A DNA stretch of 20,000 nt from Craspedostauros australis. Taxonomy: Eukaryota. Position 1 is the first letter of the stretch; each line of letters opens with the position of its first letter. The DNA lies in NCBI GenBank assembly GCA_030167865.1, contig JALAGF010000438.1, forward strand, positions 111,845 through 131,844. The letters run 5' to 3'. The notes beneath the pieces are model-generated. The model saw only the letters and a list, made by a program, of their open reading frames with translations. It searched no databases and was not told the DNA's origin. Position numbers and translations under genes: made by a program. Shown piece after piece: positions 1-10,358 of this stretch.

Positions 1-857
1 CCATTCTACAAAAGTACATACTTAGTTTCCGTTCTCAAGTTGACAAGTCCGAATCAACTCAAGGAATCGAACGTTTCGACTGATCTTGACGCGAGCACTG
101 TCATGCGTGCGACACACACGTCACAATTCTCAAAACGAGAAGGAACAAATCAAATCTGGTCTTGTCCTCATCACAAATGGAAGAGTCAAACAATGCGATT
201 GTGCATGTGATCACGTGACCCACCAGAAAAGAGGCGGCGACGATGTCGATGACAACTTCAGTGACGGTGACAACCACCAGAATGAGAATTGTGAGCGGTT
301 GATGCCACCCTCCCTGTTTCTGTTCGAGTGTCACCTCTCTTCTGGGTTGCTGGGTGCTTGCGTGAGGATCTTCAACACAGCTGCACCATAATTACCACCG
401 TTGACCACTCTCGCCACAGATACCTTGAGGAATCGTTGTAGATTCGCAACTGTTGCTCGTATCTTCTCCCTCCAAGAGGCCTGCGGACAAAGCGCGCGAG
501 TGATGTCACAGAATCGGCAATAGGAAAGCACAGACACAGAATCAGAGCGAGCGAAATCGCATCCAGAATTGTGGGCTGTCGCCTTTCACATCGTATTTAT
601 TGAGGTCCTCCTCGCACAGTACCATACATAAATCGTACACACCAGATTCCTTCTTTCCTCTCGGCCGTTCCTTCGGGTGTTTCCAAGTGCAGTCTCCAAG
701 GCCACCTTCCAGCGCCATAAAGTACAATTGCTTCCGCAGCACTTGCAAAGTGACGTCGAAGTGATAGGAGACGCTTTTTCATGCAACGATCATAAAGCAG
801 CAATCGCCAGACCACAACTCGCACTCGCACTCAACGAGTATTCATCCTGATCGAGAT

Positions 858-873
858 TCTCTCTCTCTCTCTC
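858..873. repeat. (CT)n microsatellite just upstream of the DGD start codon
   Basis: tctctctctctctctc read directly, about 26 nt before ATG 900. Confidence 0.85.
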
Positions 874-899
874 GAGGATCGAAGAACACCATCTGAAAG

Positions 900-3800
900 A
901 TGGTCAACCTCTCCATGAAGAGCCTGAGCCTTGCACTGCTCCTCGTGCACGCCTTGATGGCTGTCAATTTCATTGCTGCATCCAGCGACGGTGGCCCCAA
1001 TGGATCAACTCGACAGCCGCAAGATGCCGTCAATGGCATCCCCAATGCCACGAACGCAGGATCTCACCATCATGAAGGGGGGACGGCCGTCACGACGTTG
1101 CTCGCCGAACAAAAAGAGAACCATGACACCAATGATGGCAATAGCAATGAGGCGCAGATTGCTGCGAAGAAGCTCCCCACGCGCGTGATCAGCCTGGCAG
1201 AATCCATCAACCGATCGCAGAAGAGCATCATGCAGGAGGATCCGGCCGCGCGCAAGGCACGCTCCTTGAGGGCACAGCAACAGTGGAAGACGGCGTTGCA
1301 AGAGATCAAGGATCTCACGGTCGACATCCCGCTCGTTTCCAAACAATCTTCCTGGTCGGGCAGCACGACGAATGCAGCTGCGAAAAGCAGCAGGGCGACC
1401 CCGGCCTTCCTGACGGGATGGAAGCTCCTGCTCGATGATTCTGAAGAATCGAAGGTCGAGATCGATCTGGAGACCAGCGGAAATCAATCCATCATCTCCA
1501 CTTCGTCCAAGTTCGCGCCTCCGCAAGAAGAAAATGTTCAAATTGTGGACACTGTCGATGAGGTTACGCATGCGGAAGTCGCCAGCAATGTCAACGGAAC
1601 CGATGCTTCCGTTCTTGCAGATACCACAGCATTGCCCAAGGCATCACTCATAATGTCACGAACGATGGTAACCAGTGCGAGGGAACGGCTGGCCCGATTT
1701 GAAGGCTTCTCGTCGTGGGAGCGCAAGCTCCAGGATTGGAAGGAAGATGTTCAGGATTACATCACCCGAGTGGAGCAGGAGAATGCGCAGGGCAACTACT
1801 CCATGTCCATGTACGGCATTCCAACTTCAATCTCCACATCTGATGTTGAGCCAGCGGCGGCCAACGCAACATCATCTCTCGCATCTTCGCAAACCTCGGC
1901 CATCGAAACGACACCAACTGTGACGCAGCAAGAGGTGCAAGTCACGCCGCCAGCAACTGGTGATGATGATGTTGTTGTTGCTCCATCCGTATCAGTACCA
2001 GCGCCAGTATCAGCATCAGCATCAGTTACTACAACCGAGTCTTCTTCTTCAACGTCCAAACGTGAAAAGACGATCCTTCTGCCAGCGCCCGTCCCAGCGC
2101 AGCCCGGTGAACCCATCGTCCCGACCACGGACCTCGCGGACCAGTCCAAGAACGTCTGGATTGTCACGACAGCATCCCTGCCATGGATGACGGGCACGGC
2201 TGTCAACCCCTTGCTGCGCGCCGCTTACATGACGCGCGGACGTGCCGAGGCTGGCGGTAGCATCACCCTCATGCTGCCGTGGTTGGAGCGCACGCAGGAT
2301 CAGGTCGCTATCTACGGCCCTGACCGCACCTTTGCCACCCAAGCCGATCAGGAACGTCACGTGCGCGGGTGGTTGAAGAACGAGGCCAAGCTCGAGCGGG
2401 AGAGCCAGGAGCTCAACATTGAATGGTACAATGCCTGGCAGAACAAGGCAGAGAATTCGATCTACAGCATGGGAGATATCACGGCGCAAATCCCGGCCTC
2501 GGCAGTCGACATCATGATCTTGGAAGAGCCGGAGCATTTGAATTGGTGAGTGCACTCCGCGCGTGTGTATGTATGCATGCATGCCTGAAAGTGCATCATG
2601 CTCGTTGCTCTACTCCACTATGCGCGTATGCTTTTCGCAGCGGTGCTCATTGCACACGCACACACGTCTGTCCCATGGTTCTATTCAAATACTCTTGCTC
2701 AACTCTTCTTCTCTACTCTACTTCTTTTCCAGGTACCGCGCACCAGGACAATCCTGGACGAGCAAATTCAAGCACGTCGTTGGCATCATCCATACCAACT
2801 ACTTCGTCTATGCTCAAGAGCAACCAGCTGCATTCATTCGCGTAAGTGCGACTAATAGTATGGAGTGTCAGTGCCAATGGGGGTGCGTGGCGCAATCGTC
2901 GTCATCTCTTTCTCACCTTCAACTTGTCTCTTGATCAACGACACCATGATTCTGCCATACTCTCCTCCACCATGCGTACATAACACTGCGCAGGCTCCCG
3001 GTATGAGATTGCTGTGCTCATGGATGTGCAGAGCGCATTGCCATCGCATTATCAAGCTCTCTGGAACTTTGGGTCGATTTGCTCCTGAGAAGGAGCTCGT
3101 GGAGAATGTCCATGGCGTACGAGCCAGCTTCTTGGATGTCGGCGATGCCCTCCGTCCGAAGTTAGAAGCAGCGCAGTACGATGAGCATCCCGTCTTTGCG
3201 CCAGACGCCGATCCAACTGTCTACTTTATCGGAAAGATGCTGTGGACTAAGGGTCTTGGCTCCCTCATGGAACTGCTCAAGTATGCCGAAGAAAGTGCGG
3301 GCATTCAGATCAAAATTGACATGTACGGCGGCGGACCGAATAAGGAGGCGGCGGCAGAGCGAGCCGAATCGTTGGGTGTCAATTTCGAGTTTCATGGCCC
3401 CATCGATCATTCCAAACTGGGTGCGACACACAAGGTATGTTCTACCTGCAAGGTGTATCCGTACCTTCCTATGTTTTGTTTTGTTTGTTTGACATTCCGT
3501 CCAGACTACCATACTCTATTGTATGCTATGCCCTTCTATGCGATTATGCTCACTGTACTCCACAACTCATCCACTTACGTACGCACGCACGCACACTGAT
3601 CTTGTAAACACGCAGATCTTCATCAATCCATCCACATCTGAGGTCTTGTGCACCACCGTCGCAGAAGCCTTGGCGATGGGCAAGTTCGTTGTCGTCCCAT
3701 CTCATCCTTCCAATGACTTCTTCGCGCAATTTCCAAATTGCTTGACGTACACGAACAAGGAAGAGTTCGTTGGTAAGTGGTGGTCAATCCTGACACGGGT

Positions 3801-5313
3801 GCCTGTTTGATGTACGCGTACCACACTGGTAGCATTTGGATGTGTGCAGCACGAGCTACTCGTACTCACCATCGACGCATCGAGCATTCACAAACTCACT
3901 CAACTTGACGCCATGTTATACCATGCATGGATCTTTCTTTCATCCCTTTGTCCAACCCATCGCGACACAGGTAACTTGTACTACGCCATGACACATGCTC
4001 CGCAACCGCTTTCGGAGGAATACGCCCATGCCTTGAGCTGGGAAGCCGCCATCGAACGCCTGGAGTTTGCAAGTAGCATTCCGCAAAAAGAAGCCGACGC
4101 AATGGCAGAAGCTCTGATGTCCAATCAGACTGGAGTTGAGGTATGTTCGGGTGAACAGTGCAGGAATTGACGAGGGGGCGATCTGTTATTGCCTTTCATT
4201 TGCGTTGGATCGCGATTGATTCATCGATGCATTGTTACTTTTGTCTCACACGTGCATCACACTATACCAATATATTATACCATGCTATGCCGTGCTTTGC
4301 TCTGCTGCGTTCTCAAATAACTCACGTACATACTTCATCCCACGGAAATTCAAAGATTCGGTTGCCACCACTCATTGAGGACGAAGAAGATAGAAAGCGA
4401 GTCGGCACAACATTGGTAAAGACGAGATCACGGTATCGGCAGTTTCGTTCGCGTCTGGCATCGGAGCTGCAGCAAAACAATGGTGAGTGGAGTGCAGTGT
4501 TCGACTCTGCGATGCTCTACTAAAATTGTGCGTGTTGAGGTGGAAGTGAACATACTCTGCTCTATTTGTGCATTTGCTTCGCCAGGAACGGTCTCTAACG
4601 CTGTGGAATATCTTGCTTTGGTTGCTGCAGTGCTGCCGGGTCCTTGGCGACAACGGTTCGTCGATGAGCTGGACAAGCGCTTGGAATTGGACATTGATAC
4701 TCTCTTGGAGTCCCCAAAGCTGCGGATCAAGCTCTCCCCAGCCGAGCTGGATAAGAGACTGTTGGAGCTTTACAACAACGTCGCGGAAGGACCGAGAGGT
4801 GACGTCTTCCGCGTGATCGGAGGAGGTAGCGACGTCGCTCTGCAGACTCTGTACATCAAGCAACAGGCCAGAAAGAACGGGGCACGGCAACGCCTGATGA
4901 CACCCTCCTTCTTTCGCAGAGCGGGGCAATACGCTGGATCTCTGAGTGCGTCGGATACCTCATCCATGGACAAGCCGCGGACACCATCGCAGTGGGTGAA
5001 TTTAGCCCTACGCCGCAACCTGCTGCCTGCGGCTGCGCCCAGCAGCTCTGACCCAGTCGATCATGATGATAACAAACCGACAGCGGCTTCAGCAACGATA
5101 GCGACAACGGCAGCACCAGCACCTGCAGATTCGACAACGGCATCCGCCCAAACGCCGGTGGGTACGAGTAGTCAAGACATGACCATGTCTCTCGCCCCTA
5201 CCAGACGCACTGCTGTGAGCCCCCGGCAATCTTGCACAATGATCAAACAGACGTCGTACCGGAGCTTCACACCCGCACGATCGCCGATATCATCCTACCG
5301 GTTGCTTCTGTAG
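900..5313 (+). CDS. DGD: Digalactosyldiacylglycerol synthase (GT4 galactosyltransferase), 7 exons: join(900..2545,2733..2841,2994..3434,3616..3772,3971..4140,4356..4482,4631..5313), about 1110 aa
   Basis: DGD family motifs are spread over successive ORF pieces: [120 protein letters not shown]. Six GT..AG introns join them in phase (2546-2732, 2842-2993, 3435-3615, 3773-3970, 4141-4355, 4483-4630; donors GTGAGT/GTAAGT/GTATGT). The exon sum is 3333 nt, divisible by 3. The last two exon boundaries are less certain than the core ones. Confidence 0.93.
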
Positions 5314-5622
5314 ATGAAATGTTTACACTTCTCTAAACACTGTCCATGTTGTGCCTGGAGAGTAAGACCATTGCGAGTACTAATACAACTGAAGATGATC
5401 GGTGTGTCTCTTGCTGTGCTGATACCACTTAATTGCTGTTGTCATTGTTGTTGTTATCATCAATAGAGTAGGTAGCGTCGTTTCGCGAGAATGATCGTGA
5501 ATTTTGCAGAGCGATAGTTGGCACGAGCAGGTTGATCTTCGCAAGGGCGCTCCACCACTCTCGCCGTGCAACTCGCATGCAGGACTCCTTGTGCATCAGC
5601 AGCAAAGTATGAGTAGCCTGGT

Positions 5623-7320
5623 CTACTTGAAGTCACCATCGAATCCTTGAAAGCCGGACAGCATGAAGGCGTGGTAGTACGGCTTCTTGGCGATGCGCGA
5701 TGTCCAGTTCCATGAGCTCGTGAGACGGCCGTCGATGCAGCTGCCACCGTCGTCGCCGCTGCCGTCAAAGCCGTGCTTGAAGTAGTCGGCCAGGACCATC
5801 ATCTTGAGGTTGTCGGCGGACCCGAACTGGCTTTCGATGTACTGCCGCGTTCTTTCGTCGTGACAAAGGTCCGGGATCTTTGATATGAAGTCTGCCAGCG
5901 GGTTGAGGAAGCGCGGGATCTGCGTGTATTTGTCGATGAAGATGAGGGCGTTGGGGACATCGCGATCGCCGAGATGGATGACGCTGAGGCCCACCCACGG
6001 GGCGTTGGCCTCCTTCTGCGTGGTGAGCAAAAGATTGCTCATGAGCTTTCGCACAGATGGGCAATGCTGCACCCGATTGAGGCCCTGGCCTGTGTTGAAG
6101 AGCTGGTAGGATGACGATGTGGAGAGCAGGTCGTTGTCGGCGCACACCCAAAGGCGGTGCATGCTGGTCATGACCTTGCACCACAGGCGGAGGGATTGCC
6201 ACACGAACATGTATTGGGTGGGATGGGAGTGGCTCAACGTCGGTCCCTCGCTCGTGCTGCTGCCGTAGGCCGAGAAGCCGTAGCGGTTGTAGTGGCTGAA
6301 CGAGCTCATGCTGCTCCGGGAGGTTCCACGAAGCTGTAGAGAGAACTGGGGCTTCTCCTGGTGGGGATCGAAGCAGGTCTCCAGATGATGCAGCACGCGT
6401 TCGACGGGGACGACATTTGATTCAACAGAGACGACACCGTCACTCAGGGAATCGATGACCCGTCTCAGCTCCTCCACCGACAGAGAGGATTTGGACGAAT
6501 ACTCCTTGACCAATGCGTCTGCAGCCGCTCGTTTCTTTGCCACCTGATCGCGAATGTGAGATTCTGCAAGCTTCTTCCCAGCGGCGTCCCGATCCCGGAT
6601 ATGCTGGGTTGCGGAGAGCAGACGTTCATCGTGCAGGAGGTCAGTGCAATCATTGTCCTTGAGGTACGGTCCCACCAGCAGCATTTCTTTGTAGAGCGAG
6701 AATCCCAGCGATTTGGCGACCGTCGCGTTCTGCGCATCTTGCATGAGGTACATGAGCTTTCCGTAGGTGCTTCGCATGGAGCTGGGGTTGAGGACCTTGT
6801 TGCGACGGCCGATCTCGAAGATGGTCTGGAAGAAGAACTCGTTGTCCTTCGGATCTCGGCTGCACCAGGAGTCCGACAACGATGAAGGGCCTGCGGCATT
6901 GCCAGCTCGCATGGCGTACTTCTTGGTCTTGTCGCGCTTCTTGGTCTTGCGCTCCTTCTTCTTTCGCTTCTTCTCGTCCATCACCGGATCCAGGTTCTCA
7001 GCGTCATCAGCGGGCGTTGCGCCGTCCACGGGACCGCCATTCTCCTTGACCTGACATGACCGGACGATGTTGCGCTCATGGCCGCTGGCCACGGCCAAGC
7101 CCGTGGAGATGTGGCATGCCTCCAGGATCCCATCCAGCATCCGGCGGATCTTGCTGGCACGACGCACGGCGGCCACATCCACCAGATCCGTGTACTCGCT
7201 CACGTTGAGCGTCTGCTCCAGCACGGTGAACAGCGTCCGCTCTTCGGGCGTCAGCCGCAGCGGGACGCACTTGGCGAACCATTCCAGTCCGCGCTTCTTC
7301 GTTGTTGGCTTCGTGCTCAT
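5623..7320 (-). CDS. DUF2009 / UPF0652 family conserved protein of unknown function, 565 aa, intronless
   Basis: Long ORF with motifs I recognise from DUF2009/UPF0652: [128 protein letters not shown] at the C-terminus. Confidence 0.88.
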   Translation of the reverse strand: [565 protein letters not shown]

Positions 7321-7379
7321 TGTTGGCTTGTCCTTCGGGATCGTGGGTCCCTGTGCTTGTGCCCTTGTGTGCTTGTGTT

Positions 7380-7406
7380 GATATTGATATTGATATTGGT
7401 ATTGGT
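7380..7406. repeat. Degenerate hexamer repeat (GATATT/GGTATT)n upstream of the DUF2009 gene
   Basis: gatattgatattgatattggtattggt read directly. Confidence 0.7.
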
Positions 7407-7832
7407 GACTGTGGCTATGGTATTGGGAACGGCCGCTCTGTGGACATGGTCACCATGGTCATGTCCCGATCGCGTGGTCTTTAGCGCCTTGTGCAGTTTC
7501 CACGATTTCCGTCGTGTTTCTTCGGGTTTTGTTTGGGCATTTGATTCGAATAAGTCATTCCGCCAGCGAAAGATTGGCAGGTGTTGGCATGCCCTGTTGG
7601 GTGTTGGATGGACGGGACCATGACGATCACAGGGCGAAGAAAGCGCAGACCACAGTCCCATAGATTATAGAATAGTAGTACACTCCAATTCGAACTACTC
7701 TCGAGAGAAAGGAGTGGAGCGGAGAGCACAGTATCAATCTGTCGGAGGGATCTGTGCTGCACAGTGACGCGTTGCATTCCTACTCTAGAGTAATCGTCTG
7801 TGTGGTGCTATTACTCGAACTAGGTTCATGCT

Positions 7833-10358
7833 TCAAGCTGCGCGATCGTCATCTGCCAGATCACCCATCTGCTGCAGGATGGTCTTGACTGGCCCAGCGT
7901 GAACGCCACTGGCATCCACCGACTCCATCATGTTCGCCAGCACGTGGGCCTTCTCCGCGAGCTCGGCTCGAACTTCAGGATCGATACCAGCGGCATTATC
8001 GTTGTTCACATCGCCTTCAGTTGGGATGTCGTACCGCCGTGATTCCGTCTCTTCGCGAAGCTCGGCATCCATCGCGTCCATGATACCCGCCAACGAGGAT
8101 GACGGAGCTTCTCCGTCATCTTGTTCGCCGTCGTCATCATCATCGTCGTCCACCATCAAATTGAAGTCCTCATCGTAAAAGTACTCATCGCCTGCATTGG
8201 CTTTGGCTGCACTGGTGTTGTTGTTGTTGTTGCTGGACGAGGAGAGGACGAGCAGATCCTTCTCATCTCCTTTCAGCACGGTGTGGACGAGGTTCAACAT
8301 GACTCTGGGGTTGAGCGAGAAGTTATCTGACTGAGTGGCATCGCCTCTGAGCTGTCCAGGTTGGGCCGAAGATCCTCCCGAGTTGGATGGATTGCAACCA
8401 TCGCTCTTCTGTTCCTTATCCTCTTCCTCCTCCTCTCCTACCACTTCAATGATCGGCGATTTCTTCTGCTGCTTTGTTACTGCGGGCCCATCCTGAGATC
8501 CAACACCTTCGAAACCGCTGGATTCGACCATGAAGTCTTGGAATTTGCCAAGCATCGCGTTCAGACCATTCGGGTTTTCACCGTCGAGCATTGCACCGCT
8601 GTCGCCGGTCACCTTGGGATTTTGCATGTCGCTTCCCTTCAGCATGCCGCTACCGAAGGCGCCAGATGCCGCGGCATCCTTGAGATTCTGCTCAATGTCC
8701 ATCCAGGCTTCGTCGGTGTCGACTTCTGTCGCTCGTGGCATCAAATACTTTTCAGACATGCTGTCATCTTGCTCATCCCCAGACGTATTCCCAGATTGAG
8801 TATTGCGCTCGCTCATCCCGCTGCGTAGCTGTTGCGAAAGCGTTGTGTCCGGGTGCGAATGCAACGTTAGATTGTCCTTTTCATCGAAGAAGACCGGGCA
8901 TTTGAGGATCGGCTCAATGTTGACGCTGGCGTTGTTGGGGCCCTGCTGGAATGCTGTCATGATCCAGTTCAGGTCGCCGCCGATGGTGCTGGAAGCAACG
9001 ATGCTGGGGCTGCATTCCTTGCTGATCACGGACCAGTTGGCCACACGCTGTTCCATGCTGGCCTTCTTCGATGGACATTGATCAGCCTTGCGCTCTGTGC
9101 TCCCGCTCGTTGCTTCATCACCCGAAACAGCGCGGTTGTCGCTTTTGTCCTCGACAGAATTCACGTTGGTCGCGCTTGCGGAGGATGACACCGTCGCTGG
9201 CGATTTTCTGGTGAGCAGTCGGTCCAGCCCCACCGTGAGACGAACTCCCATTTGCAAGGCATGGTTCAAATGTGGCGTTGCCTCCATGGAACATTGGCGC
9301 TTGTACCGTTTGACCTCGACGCTGAGCGGCTTGATGGGTATGCAATTCTCAGATTCCCACACCGGTGATTCCATGGTTCGCAGCATGGCGTACGTGGTGC
9401 GCGTGAAGGGATGCGTCGTCCACACCCAATCCTGGTACTTCTCAAAAAATCCCTGCGTGCTGGAATCTTCTGTATCATTCGCCACGGGCAGGCGCATGGT
9501 GCTGCAGAAGGATCCAGCCATAGTGTTGATCAGATCGGGCCGTTGATCCATGAGACGAGCGAGCGAACGCGGCACGACCAGCGGCGTTTTGTGGGTTTCG
9601 GAGGCTCGTTGACCGACGATATGCAGCCATCTCCGCATGCCTTCGTTCAATTTCGTCGGCACATTGAGTGAGGATGCGGCAGAGTCATTCAATGCCGAGA
9701 TGGCATGCGGAAGCGTTGCGTGCGGTTCCTTGATGAGCTTGATCTGGCCATGATGAATCCAACAGGCATGCCGGTGTTGATCGGAAGAGCTTTGATCGAA
9801 CCAGTCCGGCACATGCTCCGCCATCTGAATCAACATGACCTGGCCATCATCCAGATCCCAGCACGAGATGGCCAGGCTGGAGGCAGGTTCGAAGTCCTGT
9901 CGGTTGGTCATCTGCACCATCAAGCGGATGGCCATCCATTCATCGAGCACGTTGGCTCCGTAAGTGCAGATCGCGCGCAGGTGAGGGATGCCCTGCGTCA
10001 CGTGGATACCAAAGACCGGGCCATCCCCACCGATGATCCATGAAAACGGAACGTCCGTTGATGGCTTGGAAACGGCTTGATGCAGGAACTCGTTGCATTT
10101 CTTCGCCAGATTCGCGTACTGTAGCAGCACTTCTGGCGTGTTGTAATTGCGACCCTTGTGAGGTGCACTGTCATTCCCGCCAACGGCAACGTCGAGCAGG
10201 TAGACATCCAGAAGAACGGCGTTGTAATTCCCACCTGCTGCTCCTGCTGCTGCCACCAGCGATGGCGTTGCTCCGGAAGACTGCTGATTGCTGTTTTGAT
10301 TCTCATGCTGTTCTCGTTGATGGCGTAATGCCTCCTCAAGCAGAGATCCTGCCTCCAT
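7833..10358 (-). CDS. ECD: Ecdysoneless / SGT1 (ECD family) homologue, 841 aa, intronless
   Basis: N-terminal motif YGANVLDEWMAIRLM...WDLDDGQVMLIQMAEHVPDW...ACWIHHGQIKLI resembles ECD FGDNIEDEW...DGEFLLIEAA..LP.W. It also has FTRTTYAML, acidic D/E tracts, FQDFMVESSGFEGV, MDAMDAEL, and the C-terminal NMMESVDASGVHAGPVKTILQQMG (ECD NLLES...GP.SNLL..MG). Confidence 0.85.
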   Translation of the reverse strand: MEAGSLLEEALRHQREQHENQNSNQQSSGATPSLVAAAGAAGGNYNAVLLDVYLLDVAVGGNDSAPHKGRNYNTPEVLLQYANLAKKCNEFLHQAVSKPSTDVPFSWIIGGDGPVFGIHVTQGIPHLRAICTYGANVLDEWMAIRLMVQMTNRQDFEPASSLAISCWDLDDGQVMLIQMAEHVPDWFDQSSSDQHRHACWIHHGQIKLIKEPHATLPHAISALNDSAASSLNVPTKLNEGMRRWLHIVGQRASETHKTPLVVPRSLARLMDQRPDLINTMAGSFCSTMRLPVANDTEDSSTQGFFEKYQDWVWTTHPFTRTTYAMLRTMESPVWESENCIPIKPLSVEVKRYKRQCSMEATPHLNHALQMGVRLTVGLDRLLTRKSPATVSSSASATNVNSVEDKSDNRAVSGDEATSGSTERKADQCPSKKASMEQRVANWSVISKECSPSIVASSTIGGDLNWIMTAFQQGPNNASVNIEPILKCPVFFDEKDNLTLHSHPDTTLSQQLRSGMSERNTQSGNTSGDEQDDSMSEKYLMPRATEVDTDEAWMDIEQNLKDAAASGAFGSGMLKGSDMQNPKVTGDSGAMLDGENPNGLNAMLGKFQDFMVESSGFEGVGSQDGPAVTKQQKKSPIIEVVGEEEEEDKEQKSDGCNPSNSGGSSAQPGQLRGDATQSDNFSLNPRVMLNLVHTVLKGDEKDLLVLSSSSNNNNNTSAAKANAGDEYFYDEDFNLMVDDDDDDDGEQDDGEAPSSSLAGIMDAMDAELREETESRRYDIPTEGDVNNDNAAGIDPEVRAELAEKAHVLANMMESVDASGVHAGPVKTILQQMGDLADDDRAA

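Noticed and set aside
86..830. Short ORFs on both strands upstream of DGD, including a near-contiguous minus-strand pair (542-748 and 331-537) that could be a frameshifted remnant
   Set aside because: No recognisable motif, non-ATG starts and no convincing splice structure; most simply DGD upstream sequence. A frameshift-aware homology search would be needed to revive it.
900..2549. 549-aa ORF as a complete protein or truncated DGD pseudogene
   Set aside because: Its TGA lies inside the GTGAGT donor; splicing restores a full DGD.
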